64,000 nucleotides of DNA from Candidatus Dojkabacteria bacterium (GCA_030834985.1 JAUQWV010000007.1:4321-68320), one strand, 5' to 3'. Counted from the first letter of the stretch, positions 8,080 through 18,562 are shown. Numbers and translations are program-made. The notes: a model not told the origin generated them from the sequence alone.

Positions 8080-9405
8080 ATGGCACCTCGAAAAAAAGAA
8101 GCGCCAGTGGATTCTGCTCGAATTGAAGAATCTCCATTGTTGGCGTCACGGCCTACCCTAAGGTCAAGCACAGTAGATCCAGCTAAACTGGATAGAACAA
8201 GATTTACTGAAATCAGAGAAATGGAATCTGATGGCAGTTCTCTTAGAATTATCATATTTATTGCTGTAATTATTGTAGTAGGAGTAGCAGCAGCATTATT
8301 TGTAAGAAATGCTGTTATGAACTCACAAAATGCAACTACTGACGATACTTCTAATACAACTAATACTACTCAGCAAGATTCGACTATTACAGCATTAACT
8401 GTTTCAAAGACACCGCTAGCAGACTCATCTGCAGTTAACGTTGTAAAAAACGAAGATTATGTTGATTCAGCAATTGTAAATTTAGGCGATTCAACTGCTA
8501 CATCTGCACAGACATCATTAGATAAGATTACATATATTCGTTATACAACTTTTGCAAGACTTACCTTTGATTTAAATACATCCGATAAGAAACTACCTAA
8601 AACAACAGTAAATTTTGATTCAGTAGGTAATAAAATGACTGTTGTAGTAGAAAATTTAGGTACAGTAGCTCAAAGTCTTCAGCAGGATTTGCCAATAGGC
8701 GATATTGTGGATGAAATTAGGTTTGTTGAAACAAACAATAGCTTTGTGATTATGTTTAAGGATACTGTTAAATACAATGTTAAAAAAGAAGGTGATAATC
8801 TAGTATTTAACTTTAAAACATCTACAGAATTAGCTAAACCAGATACATCAACAGCTCAGCAACCTGAAGAAGAAGAAGAGGAAACACCAGCTCCTCCAAC
8901 AAATACTGGATCTTCAACCTCTGATGCCAACAAACCAGTTGCACCACATTTTGATAACCAGTTCTCACAAAACAAGCAATATGTTGTAAGTAATGTGAAT
9001 ACAAATAAATTAGCTCATAATGTCTATTACTTTGATAATTACGGCAGCTCTTGGGAATTTTCATGGGCTCAAAGAAATGTAATTGGTGATAGCAATGTTC
9101 CTAATGCAACTGCATATTATGATACATCAACAGCAGGAAAAACATACTTAATTGTTGAAGTTCAGAATCTAACACAAGAAGTTCTAACCGCAAACGGAGT
9201 AGAGAGTTTATCTTTAAGTGATATTGAAGCAAAGACAGGTGCTACAACAGCAGGCTCAACGTTGGTAAAAGTAGAGCTGCTATCATTTGAAGGAGGTACA
9301 GCTAAGTACAGATTAGAATTATCTAAAAAAACTGACTTTAAGCTTTGGGTAGATAAAACAGTTGATAACCAGACAGGAACAATTAGTGTTACTGTAAAGA
9401 ATTAA
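8080..9405 (+). CDS. hypothetical membrane-anchored protein (cytoplasmic N-tail, 1 TM, E-rich linker, AMIN-like beta region)
   Basis: ATG start. TM segment IIIFIAVIIVVGVAAALFV. EEEEEE linker. Start uncertain: an alternative ATG at about 8221 immediately precedes the TM. Confidence 0.5.
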   Translation: MAPRKKEAPVDSARIEESPLLASRPTLRSSTVDPAKLDRTRFTEIREMESDGSSLRIIIFIAVIIVVGVAAALFVRNAVMNSQNATTDDTSNTTNTTQQDSTITALTVSKTPLADSSAVNVVKNEDYVDSAIVNLGDSTATSAQTSLDKITYIRYTTFARLTFDLNTSDKKLPKTTVNFDSVGNKMTVVVENLGTVAQSLQQDLPIGDIVDEIRFVETNNSFVIMFKDTVKYNVKKEGDNLVFNFKTSTELAKPDTSTAQQPEEEEEETPAPPTNTGSSTSDANKPVAPHFDNQFSQNKQYVVSNVNTNKLAHNVYYFDNYGSSWEFSWAQRNVIGDSNVPNATAYYDTSTAGKTYLIVEVQNLTQEVLTANGVESLSLSDIEAKTGATTAGSTLVKVELLSFEGGTAKYRLELSKKTDFKLWVDKTVDNQTGTISVTVKN

Positions 9406-9430
9406 AGTTGAAGTAAAGGAAGATTATTTA

Positions 9431-9465
9431 AAGCAGGTTGGCCCACAAGGCCAACCTGCTTTTTA
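9431..9465. terminator. intrinsic terminator (13-bp stem AAGCAGGTTGGCC/GGCCAACCTGCTT + TTTT)
   Basis: Perfect hairpin followed by a T-run. Sits between convergent genes. Confidence 0.65.
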
Positions 9466-9480
9466 CTTGATTTATCCAGT

Positions 9481-11430
9481 CTATTCGGCGAATAGTGTTG
9501 AATGCAGCTGTTTTGCTTCAGGGTCAGTTAAATTAACGTAATTTACTCTAACCGTGTACTTAACATTGTTTTCGTTTTTATACTCATCAATAATCTCCCA
9601 TGACCATAAATTGTCTGTTATAGTTTCTAGTTTTTTAAGAATAAATGAAGTTATATTTTCACTTGCAGGAAGCATAACATTAGAATCTAAAGCTACAATC
9701 TTTTGCGTTACTTCTTTTGAAGAAGTGGCCTCAAGTGTAGAAGTTAACTCATCTATAAAGTCTAGATTGATTTCAGCCACTGCAGCTAAGTCAAAATGAT
9801 GAACATTTGTTAAGTAAATTATTCCAATCTGTTTAGTATTAACGATTATTCTCCAAGCTGTCTTTGGATGTGCAGATAAAGGTGGTTCATTTTCTAATGT
9901 ATATTCGATTCTTTCTAAGCCTAGATGCCTTAGTAATGATTCAATTTTTAATTTGGTGCTATTAATATCATTGCCTTCTTCTAATATTGCTAGTGAACTA
10001 AATTCTGTATAGGCATGATCCTTTTTCCCAAATACCTTACCTATCTCAAAAAGAGCAATTGGAGTTATATAATTTTTTTTATAAGTTGTCATTTGCCCTA
10101 AAAGGCTTACTGCTATTGATTGTCTTAATGTTGGAACTTCCTCGTTAATAGAATTGGTTACTTTAATTAGATCCCATTTTAAAGAATTAGCTAGTTTATT
10201 AGTTTCTTGATCAACAAGAACCCATGATCTAACCTCGTCTAAGCCGATTGATGCTAAGTATTCAGTGATGTTATCAATTAAATAAATTCTAGAAGGAGTA
10301 ATATCTTTTACAACTTGAGTTGTTAAATAATTCGAAGGAATCTTATCGAACCCCTTCATTCTAATTATCTCTTCGAATACATCTTGTTCAATTTCAATAT
10401 CCAGTCTATTAACTGGCCTTTGCACAGTAATTTTATTTTCTGAGTCATTAAGAATAGTAAACCCTAAGTTTGTTAAATATGTTTTTGATTCTTCATAAGA
10501 AATTTCAATACCTGCGACTTGCTGAACTTTGCCTAAGTCAACATCAATTGTTATTTCCTGAGTGATTTGATTGTATTCATCAAATACATTTGACACAAGT
10601 TGGCCTCCACAATGTTCTAAGATTAAACTTACAAGCCAATCGAATGCCTGTGGGATTGATTGAGGATCTAGTGTTTTTTCTAATCGTGAACCAGCCTCAG
10701 TAATAATTTTTGCAGCTTTTGTATTCTTTCGGACTAGAGTTCCATTGTAAACAGCCATTTCTAAGATAATTTTAGTAGTAGTACTAGAGACTGCATCTTC
10801 TTTGCCTCCAATAAAACTTAAAGATAAAGGTCTCTTACCATCAGTAATAATTAAAGCATCTTCAGGCAGTTCAATTTCTTGCCCATTTAAAGTGGTCATA
10901 GTTTTGTACTGACCATTATTTATCTCCCATATTAATGAGTCGCCAACTAAATCTGTATCGAAAACGTGTGATGAATGGGCGGTTTCAATCATTACATAGT
11001 TAGTTAGGTCAACTAAATTATTTACACTATTAATTTCGTATAAAGATAAATATTCTTTTAGCCAAGAAGGAGACTCTTTAATTGCCACATCAATTAACTT
11101 TACAGCCATAACTCTTTTAACTGCATTTTTATCTTTTACAGTAATTGGCAATTTGTAATCCTGTGTTAGATGTGTAAGATTGTATTCTGGATATTTAAGA
11201 GGAATTTTGTAATAGGCTGATAATTCTCTTGCTAAGCCCCATACACCGAATAGGTCAGCTCGATTCTGTCGAACTTCAAGATCTAGTAAATAGTCAGACT
11301 GTCCATTGTATTGAACTTCTTGAAGCTTATCTAGCATAAAGCCTGTAATAGTAAACACGTTCGCCACCTCTTTTACATCTGCAGTTAGATTCGGCAAATA
11401 TTTCTTAAGCTGGGAGTAGAGGACTTTCAT
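9481..11430 (-). CDS. pheT: phenylalanine--tRNA ligase beta subunit (short form)
   Basis: N-terminus MKVLYSQLKKYLPNLTADVKEV is typical of PheT. 649 aa. Overlaps the next gene by ATGA. Confidence 0.8.
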   Translation of the reverse strand: MKVLYSQLKKYLPNLTADVKEVANVFTITGFMLDKLQEVQYNGQSDYLLDLEVRQNRADLFGVWGLARELSAYYKIPLKYPEYNLTHLTQDYKLPITVKDKNAVKRVMAVKLIDVAIKESPSWLKEYLSLYEINSVNNLVDLTNYVMIETAHSSHVFDTDLVGDSLIWEINNGQYKTMTTLNGQEIELPEDALIITDGKRPLSLSFIGGKEDAVSSTTTKIILEMAVYNGTLVRKNTKAAKIITEAGSRLEKTLDPQSIPQAFDWLVSLILEHCGGQLVSNVFDEYNQITQEITIDVDLGKVQQVAGIEISYEESKTYLTNLGFTILNDSENKITVQRPVNRLDIEIEQDVFEEIIRMKGFDKIPSNYLTTQVVKDITPSRIYLIDNITEYLASIGLDEVRSWVLVDQETNKLANSLKWDLIKVTNSINEEVPTLRQSIAVSLLGQMTTYKKNYITPIALFEIGKVFGKKDHAYTEFSSLAILEEGNDINSTKLKIESLLRHLGLERIEYTLENEPPLSAHPKTAWRIIVNTKQIGIIYLTNVHHFDLAAVAEINLDFIDELTSTLEATSSKEVTQKIVALDSNVMLPASENITSFILKKLETITDNLWSWEIIDEYKNENNVKYTVRVNYVNLTDPEAKQLHSTLFAE

Positions 11431-12191
11431 AGGGCTTTATGTAATTTATTTACTAAACTTAATATTATACCTTTTGATTTTAACCTTTGTTCAGTAATAA
11501 TTTCAAACCAATCAAGCTCAATTTGGAGCATTTTATAAAGTTCTTCAAAGGTTAAATTGAGCTTGATGATCTTGTTTATAGGGTTTTCGAGTATAAATTT
11601 TTGCGATTTGGCAATTTTGGCGTCTACTGGCTCGCCTGTTAATTCGATATTTCTTGCCAAATCGCTTTTAGATATATAGCCGGCAACCTGCCGGCTAAAG
11701 TAAATATTATTTGGATTTAAGGCAGAGCCATTTAATGCGTTTATGCTTACTTCCGCTATACTTCCTGTATGCCAGATTGCTTTAAGCATAAACGCATTCG
11801 CAAGCAGTAATATATTCTGATCAAAGTGATTAAGTGTGTCTAAAAAGATATTGTAAAGATTTTTATCTTTATTGTTTTCGTAACAGAGTTTATCTATAAC
11901 TTCACAAAAAAGTTGAATTAACAAAATCCCAATATCATTAGTTTTCCAAAGATTAAATTCATCTATAGTTTTAATTTCAGTAATTAAAGGTAAGTTATAG
12001 CCTTCTAAAACTTTTGCTTGAACTAAATTGCACAGTTCTATAGAGTGGGATTTCTTACTTGTACTTTTTTTTACTCCTTTAGCAAGTAAAGTGTTCTTGC
12101 TGCCATCGGTGTCAATAACATAAATAACCTTGTCAGATTGTCCTGAAGAGTAAATTCTATAAATTATTCCTTTTAAATTTTGTGATCTCAT
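11427..12191 (-). CDS. recO: DNA repair protein RecO
   Basis: N-terminal OB-fold (LKGIIYRIYSSGQSDKVIYVIDTDGSKNTLLAKGVKKSTSKK). Length fits. Translationally coupled to pheT. The track ORF begins with TTG at 12197; first ATG is at 12191. Confidence 0.65.
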   Translation of the reverse strand: MRSQNLKGIIYRIYSSGQSDKVIYVIDTDGSKNTLLAKGVKKSTSKKSHSIELCNLVQAKVLEGYNLPLITEIKTIDEFNLWKTNDIGILLIQLFCEVIDKLCYENNKDKNLYNIFLDTLNHFDQNILLLANAFMLKAIWHTGSIAEVSINALNGSALNPNNIYFSRQVAGYISKSDLARNIELTGEPVDAKIAKSQKFILENPINKIIKLNLTFEELYKMLQIELDWFEIITEQRLKSKGIILSLVNKLHKAL

Positions 12192-12216
12192 AACCAAATG
12201 ATTATAATGTATAAAT

Positions 12217-13005
12217 ATGAGTAATGCGCAAGTACAAACAAAAGTTGAAACAAAAACAAGTCCTTTTTCGCTACCTAAAATAACAACAGAAAATCTAAAT
12301 ACTAAGAAGATTAGAAAGCTTAAATATGCTTCTAGACAAGGGGTTTCGGGCTATAATATTTTAGTAGGAATCTTAATTATCGCTTCAATTTTAGGTGCTG
12401 GGTATATTGGTTACACACTTGCAAGATTAGAATCAGTTTCAAATATAACTCAAAATGAAGGAGATGATTTAATTCCGGTTTCAGATGAAGAAGAAGTTGA
12501 TCAATCACAATTATGGAGTAGAAGAGAGTTTAAAATTAATAATAATGTTGTGTGGAGTTTAGAATTGCCAAATAATTTTGCACAAACTTCAAGTGAAATA
12601 GTTGATGGCGTAATTTCTTTTTTTGGAGAAATTGATGGTGAGGCTTACAAGTTAGAACTTGCTTTTCCACTATTTAATAATTACCTTGGTGGCATGCCGC
12701 CTACTTTATCGGAATGGGTAAGTCGAGAAAAATTATTTTTACCTTCGGTAAGTGGAGCCGCCGCTCAGACATCTTCATTTGCATTAGATAATAATTTAGA
12801 GGCGGCTCTAATTGTAGGTATGAATGAAATTACTAAAGATAATGGAAGTTCTAGAGAATTCGGACAAACAAAAACTGCAGTTTTATATATTTGGAAAACT
12901 ACTTCACGCAATCCAAGTAAGATTACGCTGATTCCTCAAGGAGAATACAACGAGGAAGCGGCAAAGGATATTATGGAAAGGATTGCCGCTTCCTTACTAT
13001 TTTAG
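12217..13005 (+). CDS. hypothetical membrane-anchored protein
   Basis: ATG start. Single TM (ILVGILIIASILGAGYIGYTLA) followed by a soluble domain. Confidence 0.5.
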   Translation: MSNAQVQTKVETKTSPFSLPKITTENLNTKKIRKLKYASRQGVSGYNILVGILIIASILGAGYIGYTLARLESVSNITQNEGDDLIPVSDEEEVDQSQLWSRREFKINNNVVWSLELPNNFAQTSSEIVDGVISFFGEIDGEAYKLELAFPLFNNYLGGMPPTLSEWVSREKLFLPSVSGAAAQTSSFALDNNLEAALIVGMNEITKDNGSSREFGQTKTAVLYIWKTTSRNPSKITLIPQGEYNEEAAKDIMERIAASLLF

Positions 13006-13011
13006 AAGGCC

Positions 13012-13305
13012 TCATGCTACTTTAGGTAGTATATAAAAGTCATCGCTATCTTCAATTTTATGGATCAGCTCAATTCCTGCGCCCGGATCAATTAATCCGT
13101 TTTTAATTTTATCCTCAACTAGTTCTATCCTAGCTTTTTTAAAAGCGTCCAGCAATTGTTGAGAATCTACTCCTAAGTAGCTGGCCGCTTTTTCTATAGT
13201 GCTTGGATCCCTAGTTTGGGCGGCTACCCCATAAATCGGAAAGACAGAAGACATGGCTGCAGTAGCAGCAACAGCTGTAGTCATAATTACTTTTCTTTTT
13301 CTCAT
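13012..13305 (-). CDS. small secreted protein (signal peptide, about 97 aa)
   Basis: N-terminal TTAVAATAAMSSVFPIYGVAAQ signal-like segment. Lies immediately downstream of the two-component pair. Confidence 0.45.
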   Translation of the reverse strand: MRKRKVIMTTAVAATAAMSSVFPIYGVAAQTRDPSTIEKAASYLGVDSQQLLDAFKKARIELVEDKIKNGLIDPGAGIELIHKIEDSDDFYILPKVA

Positions 13306-13468
13306 AGGTTTTAGAACTCAAAATTTAAGTGTGAAAGGGTTTGTAGAAAGGCTATCCCTTATATTTATGTTTATTGCCCGATTACTTCGGGATGAAGTTA
13401 GGATGCCTAGCAACCCTATTCATCTTAATATTATTTCAACTTTATGAAGAATATGTGAAGAATTCGTA

Positions 13469-14566
13469 TCAAATTTTTATAACAAATCGTATACCTTTGT
13501 GGTTTTCATTATTTTTTGCCTCGATTTCCCAATCCATAGCTTCTGTCATCTCCTTCACAAGGGCTAATCCAAGCCCAAGGCCTCCAGTTTTTCTATTTCT
13601 TGATTTTTCAACCCTGTAGAACCTCTCAAAAATTCGTTTAATATCTTGTTCAGGGATTCCCACTCCATTATCAGAAATCACTATTTTATTTTCTTCAATA
13701 AAAATTCTAATTTCAGTACCTTTAGAATATTTTATTGAATTATCAAAGATATTAATTAAAATTCGCTCTAATAAATTTTGATCAGCATTGATCTTAAAAT
13801 CCTCTGGAATCTCGTTTGCTAACTTAATCTTAGCATTTTCTAGATTTACAGATAACGTCTTTTTGATCTTCTCAACAGCTGAATAGAGAGCTATTTTTTC
13901 TAATTTTTTATAAGTGATTTTTGATCTTAAGCCTGTGTACTCATTTAACATATCAATTAATTCATTTAGCCTTTCAACTTCAGTCAGTGTAGTTTCGAGT
14001 CTTTCTTTTGTTGTATCAAATACACCATCTATCATTCCTTGTAACTGACCGGTAACCGAAGTTAAAGGTGTTTTCAATTCGTGTGACACATCTGAAATCA
14101 AATCTTTTCTTAAAACTTCTTGATAATCGAGTTCACTTGCTAATTCGTTAAATTCTTCTATAACTTGGTCAAACTCACTTTCGCCGGTTTTATGTAATTT
14201 ATTTTTAAATTTACTCTTTTTAAGGTTACTAATACCAATTCTAAGTTCACGCAAAGGTTGAGTTATTATTACCGAAAAAACGATTCCTGCAATTAAAGAC
14301 ATTAAAAGTCCTAATGCTCCGGCAAAAAATAGAGTATTAAATAAGGCGTCATTAAATTGTTTTCTTATTACTTCAACTGGCGCAACTGGTGACTGCTTAA
14401 CTAAGAATAGATTTCCATCTATAAACCTTATTGTTGCAGTTTGGAATTCGCTTTGAGCAGTTGTAATTGCGAAAATACTTATATATGCCAAGATAATGGC
14501 AGTAATTAGAACAATTCCGCCCGCAATTTTTACAGATGTTTTCGAGAAGATTTTTTTTAAAATCAT
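13469..14566 (-). CDS. sensor histidine kinase (TM-HAMP-HisKA-HATPase_c)
   Basis: H-box SHELKTPLTSV. G-boxes DNGVGIPEQ…GGLGLGLALVKE. Confidence 0.85.
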   Translation of the reverse strand: MILKKIFSKTSVKIAGGIVLITAIILAYISIFAITTAQSEFQTATIRFIDGNLFLVKQSPVAPVEVIRKQFNDALFNTLFFAGALGLLMSLIAGIVFSVIITQPLRELRIGISNLKKSKFKNKLHKTGESEFDQVIEEFNELASELDYQEVLRKDLISDVSHELKTPLTSVTGQLQGMIDGVFDTTKERLETTLTEVERLNELIDMLNEYTGLRSKITYKKLEKIALYSAVEKIKKTLSVNLENAKIKLANEIPEDFKINADQNLLERILINIFDNSIKYSKGTEIRIFIEENKIVISDNGVGIPEQDIKRIFERFYRVEKSRNRKTGGLGLGLALVKEMTEAMDWEIEAKNNENHKGIRFVIKI

Positions 14567-15234
14567 AGATTATCGTTAAATTTATAGCCTTTGCCTATTA
14601 CAGTCAGAATAAATTCAGGCAAGCTTGCTTCAACTTTTAATTTTTTTCTAATATTTTTAATGTGTACATCAACAGTTCTATCTAGTATATCGCCTGTATC
14701 AAAGTCGTTATATGCTTTTAAAATAATATCTTCACGGTTAAAGACTCTTCCAGGCGACTTAAACATTGTCAAAAGAATATTGAATTCAGTAGTTGTTAAT
14801 TCAACTAATTTATTATTTACCTTAACTTGTTGTTTGTCGGGATCGATAGAAATATACTTATTATTTAAGGTTTCTCCATTACTTCTTTTTAAAAGCGCTT
14901 TAACTCGCGCCACTAAAATGCTTGGGTTGAATGGCTTTTTTATGTAATCATCAGCTCCGCAACCCAAGCCTATCAGCTCATCACTATCTGTGATTCTTGC
15001 AGTAACCATAATAATTGGGATTTTAGATCTGTTTCTTATTCTTTTACAAACAGTAATTCCATCAATTTCGGGCAAGTTAATATCAAGTACAACCAAATCT
15101 ATATTTGAGCTTTCAAAAATGCTCAGCGCTTTAGTTCCAGTTTCAGCTTCAATAATATTGAAACCAGCCTTTTGGAGATAAGCAGATTCAACATCTCGGA
15201 TATTGTGTTCGTCTTCTGCAATTAAAATATTCAT
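14563..15234 (-). CDS. OmpR-family response regulator
   Basis: Receiver domain (MNILIAEDE…DLVVLDINLPEIDG) plus winged-helix C-terminus. ATGA overlap with the kinase gene. Confidence 0.9.
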   Translation of the reverse strand: MNILIAEDEHNIRDVESAYLQKAGFNIIEAETGTKALSIFESSNIDLVVLDINLPEIDGITVCKRIRNRSKIPIIMVTARITDSDELIGLGCGADDYIKKPFNPSILVARVKALLKRSNGETLNNKYISIDPDKQQVKVNNKLVELTTTEFNILLTMFKSPGRVFNREDIILKAYNDFDTGDILDRTVDVHIKNIRKKLKVEASLPEFILTVIGKGYKFNDNL

Positions 15235-15248
15235 GTTAAGTTCTTAGC

Positions 15249-15509
15249 TCAATAAGTTCCTGTAGAATCCTGCATTCTTTTTTCAAGAATATTTGATAAA
15301 TGTTTAATTAGGCTTCTCATACCTTCAAGGCTTTCTGGATCTAGCTCTAATTTATTAATTCCTGCTTCAAATTCTTGAAGTGAAGTTTTAGCTAAAAAGA
15401 GATCTGTTTGCTCTTTATTTTGATTAGAGATTTGATCAATTGCCTTGCCGACAATACTTAAATTTTTAATTCTTTTTTTTGTCTCTTCATCGGGTTGTAT
15501 TTGAGGCAT
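15249..15509 (-). CDS. hypothetical protein (86 aa, helical)
   Basis: ORF only. ATG start. Same strand as neighbours. Confidence 0.4.
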   Translation of the reverse strand: MPQIQPDEETKKRIKNLSIVGKAIDQISNQNKEQTDLFLAKTSLQEFEAGINKLELDPESLEGMRSLIKHLSNILEKRMQDSTGTY

Positions 15510-15567
15510 AGCAACAAAGATAAAAGTTAAAAATTCTGCTTATGCTAAGTATATCACGGGAATTTAT

Positions 15568-16059
15568 CTAACTTTCTGAGTGATAATAGCTGATTACTCT
15601 GCTAAAAGCTGTATGTAAGAAAGTTAGGTACCTAAATTCTTCAGTAGATACATATGCAGGTACAAAATCATAGGAAACGCCTATCTCTTCTAATTCACGA
15701 AAATCAACAGTAGATGCACCTTCTAGGAATTTACCAAGCATACTAGTAAGAACTGTAAAAGCAAAAGGATCAACATTTCCGGCTATGAATGCTTCATATA
15801 TTTCAAATGAAGATGGCGCATAGCCTTCTGCAATAATTGCAGAAAAATAGTAGATTGAACTTAAAAAGTCTTCGTTGAAAATATCTATTAATCTCTCTTG
15901 AGATAATGGTAAGTGAGGAAACTGGTCTTGGAAACGGCTAATAATGAAGCCGATAACTTCTGCTTCGGCTTCCGCAACATTTTTGGGAGCCTTTAAACCG
16001 TCCATTTCTAGTTTTGTAATAACTAGTAGATTATAAAGGCTGTATGCGGATTTTAGCAA
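15568..16059 (-). CDS. hypothetical acidic protein
   Basis: ORF only. Start ambiguous: TTG at 16059 or ATG at 16005. Confidence 0.45.
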   Translation of the reverse strand: MLKSAYSLYNLLVITKLEMDGLKAPKNVAEAEAEVIGFIISRFQDQFPHLPLSQERLIDIFNEDFLSSIYYFSAIIAEGYAPSSFEIYEAFIAGNVDPFAFTVLTSMLGKFLEGASTVDFRELEEIGVSYDFVPAYVSTEEFRYLTFLHTAFSRVISYYHSES

Positions 16060-16060
16060 A

Positions 16061-16435
16061 TTAAGGCTCTTTATCCAGAGGCCATTCAGGCGTATAGTCT
16101 AAATTGGCAGGATAATCCGGATTCATATGTCCTGTATCTGAAACCCCAAATCTTAGTACATGAGTTAATTCTTTTGGTAATTTTGGGAGATTAAATTTTC
16201 GTGCAAGTTGAAAAAAATCGTCAGAACTTATTGTTCTATTTATCTGTAAATACAAAAAGAGTACTCCAAATTGTTTTTGAATATCTGGATCTAAGCTGTC
16301 AAAGAGATCAATTAGACCTTCTTGATCACCTTTAAGCTGATTAATTACATCTCCAATTGTTTGGAGTTGCTGAAGAAATTGAGTATCTGACTCGTGAGTG
16401 TCTGTAACAGTAGGTGCGTCTAACGAATAACCCAT
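16061..16435 (-). CDS. hypothetical acidic protein
   Basis: ORF only. 1-nt gap to the downstream gene. Confidence 0.45.
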   Translation of the reverse strand: MGYSLDAPTVTDTHESDTQFLQQLQTIGDVINQLKGDQEGLIDLFDSLDPDIQKQFGVLFLYLQINRTISSDDFFQLARKFNLPKLPKELTHVLRFGVSDTGHMNPDYPANLDYTPEWPLDKEP

Positions 16436-16502
16436 AATGCTGGTTTTAAAAATTACAACAATTGATTATATGCACACCAAGAAATTTTTTAAAAGAGGAA
16501 TT

Positions 16503-18401
16503 TTATTTTATTCCCATTTGTTGCTTTGCGTAGTCAGTCAAATTTTTTCGCTTTGACCAATCTCTTTCTGTTTTTGTTAGATAAAGCTTTCTTAACCTTA
16601 AGCTTTTTGGAGTTACCTCTAACATTTCATCATCATTTAAAAAGAGTAGAGCATATTCTAGCGTTATAGGTTTAATCGCTTTTAAGGAAGTCTGAGTAAT
16701 TTCATCGTGCTTCATTCTAACAGCAGACTTTTGTCTTTCTTTTACGGGATTAACTTCTAAATCTTGATCGAATTTATTTAAACCGAGAATCATACCTTCG
16801 TAAACTTGAGTTCCTGGTTCAACAAATAATTCGCCGCGTTCTTGAATTGTATTTAATGAATAACCCATTGCAGTTCCTGTATCCATAGAGATTAGAACAC
16901 CTTTTCGATATAACGGTTCAACTTCTGTAAATGGTACATAATCAATTAAAAAGTTATTCATCACAACATTTCCTTTTGTAGTGGTTAATAATTGATTTCT
17001 TAAACCAAGTAACTTTCTTGTCAAAATTTTGTAAGTGAATCTAGCTTGGTTATTTTCAAGTTCCATATCTACAAGCTCAGCTTTACGTTCGCTTAGAGCC
17101 GCTTGAACGGTGCCCTGGTATTCAGATGGAACATCTATAGTCACTTCTTCAAGCGGCTCTAGCTTCTGTCCATCCTTTTCCTGTAGAATAACCTCCGGCT
17201 TTCTAATCTGGAATTCATAGCCTTCACGTCTCATCGTTTCGATTAAAATGGCTAACTGAAGTTCTCCTCGACCTGCTACATAGTAGCTTCCGCCATCTCC
17301 TTTTGTAATTTTTAAAGAAATATTAATTTCTGCTTCTTTTTCTAATCTTGCCTGTAGCTGTTTTGCTGTAACAAACTTACCTTCTTTACCCATAAAGGGA
17401 GAGGTGTTTGCTTCAAATTTAATCTGGACAGATGGACTAGAAATCTTGATTGTAGGTAATGCTTCAGGCTTGCTGGCAATACATAAAGTACCTCCGATAG
17501 CTGTTGATTCAATACCAGAAACAGCAATTATTTCGCCTGCGCTAGCTTCTTTAATATCTTCATAAACTAAACCTTCTTTTACTTTAAGGCTTTTAATTTT
17601 ACCGCTGTCTTTAGGTGAATCAGGAGAATCATTATGGATTACTACAATAGAATCTTCCACTTTTGCAGTTCCTCTACGGATTTTCCCAATTAAAAGTCTT
17701 CCCAAATGTGGGTCGTAATCAAGACTTGTAACAAGCATCTGTAAAGGTTCATTAGGGTCTCCAACAGGTGCCGGGAAATATTCAATAATTGCATCTAAAA
17801 GCGGGCTCATGTCGCCTTCAATTGATCCAGCTAGTGTTAAATCGCCCGCTGGCAATTCTTTAAATACTTTGCCTTCTCGCCCAATCGCATAAAAAACAGG
17901 GAATTCAAGCTGAGAGTCGTCTGTAGCCAATGTTAGGAAAAGATCCTGAACTTTATCTAAAACTTTAGAAGGATTAGCGAATTTCTTATCAATTTTGTTA
18001 ATTACTAACATTGGCTTTAATCCAAGCTCCAATGCTTTCTTTAGTACAAATTTAGTTTGAGGCATTGGACCTTCCTGTGCATCTACTAGTAAGATGCAGC
18101 CGTCAGCCATATTTAGTGTTCTTTCTACTTCACCACCAAAATCAGCATGGCCAGGTGTATCTATAATATTAATCTTTACACCTTTATATCTAACAGAAAT
18201 ATTCTTTGCCTTAATAGTGATTCCTTTTTCCCGCTCTAAATCGCCAGAATCCAAGATCATTTCCTGATTCATTTCCTCCTGATTTTCGCGGAATACGTGT
18301 GTTTGTTTAAGAAATGCATCTACCAGCGTAGTCTTTCCATGGTCAACGTGAGCAATAATTGCTATATTTCTAATTTTTTCTTGATCGAGTTTTGTATACA
18401 T
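16503..18401 (-). CDS. typA: translational GTPase TypA/BipA
   Basis: AHVDHGKTTLVD, DTPGHADF, NKIDK G-motifs. EF-G-like architecture. 632 aa. Confidence 0.9.
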   Translation of the reverse strand: MYTKLDQEKIRNIAIIAHVDHGKTTLVDAFLKQTHVFRENQEEMNQEMILDSGDLEREKGITIKAKNISVRYKGVKINIIDTPGHADFGGEVERTLNMADGCILLVDAQEGPMPQTKFVLKKALELGLKPMLVINKIDKKFANPSKVLDKVQDLFLTLATDDSQLEFPVFYAIGREGKVFKELPAGDLTLAGSIEGDMSPLLDAIIEYFPAPVGDPNEPLQMLVTSLDYDPHLGRLLIGKIRRGTAKVEDSIVVIHNDSPDSPKDSGKIKSLKVKEGLVYEDIKEASAGEIIAVSGIESTAIGGTLCIASKPEALPTIKISSPSVQIKFEANTSPFMGKEGKFVTAKQLQARLEKEAEINISLKITKGDGGSYYVAGRGELQLAILIETMRREGYEFQIRKPEVILQEKDGQKLEPLEEVTIDVPSEYQGTVQAALSERKAELVDMELENNQARFTYKILTRKLLGLRNQLLTTTKGNVVMNNFLIDYVPFTEVEPLYRKGVLISMDTGTAMGYSLNTIQERGELFVEPGTQVYEGMILGLNKFDQDLEVNPVKERQKSAVRMKHDEITQTSLKAIKPITLEYALLFLNDDEMLEVTPKSLRLRKLYLTKTERDWSKRKNLTDYAKQQMGIK

Positions 18402-18497
18402 AAGTGTTTTTAAATTTGACTTGGAATTCTACCATAAAATGGCGCTTTTAGCTAACTATAGGATAATAAAATACGTAACATATATGATACGCTGGCA

Positions 18498-18526
18498 TTG
18501 ACTTTTTTATATATTCAATATATACT
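18498..18526 (+). promoter_or_regulatory. sigma70-like promoter TTGACT-17-TATACT
   Basis: Canonical hexamers with 17-nt spacer, about 35 nt upstream of the GC-rich ORF. Confidence 0.4.
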
Positions 18527-18562
18527 GGATATGTAACTGGGATATTTAACAAGGAGTTTCAA

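Noticed and set aside
8055-8255. Minus-strand 66-aa ORF overlapping the start of 8080-9405
   Set aside because: Low-complexity Ser/Leu translation with no RBS. It overlaps a better-supported plus-strand gene.
13253-13619. ORFs 13253-13447+ and 13374-13619+
   Set aside because: They overlap the HK gene 3' end and an AT-rich spacer, and neither has an SD. The spacer hairpins (GATGAA…TTCATC, CCCG-ATTACTT-CGGG) are noted only as weak structures.
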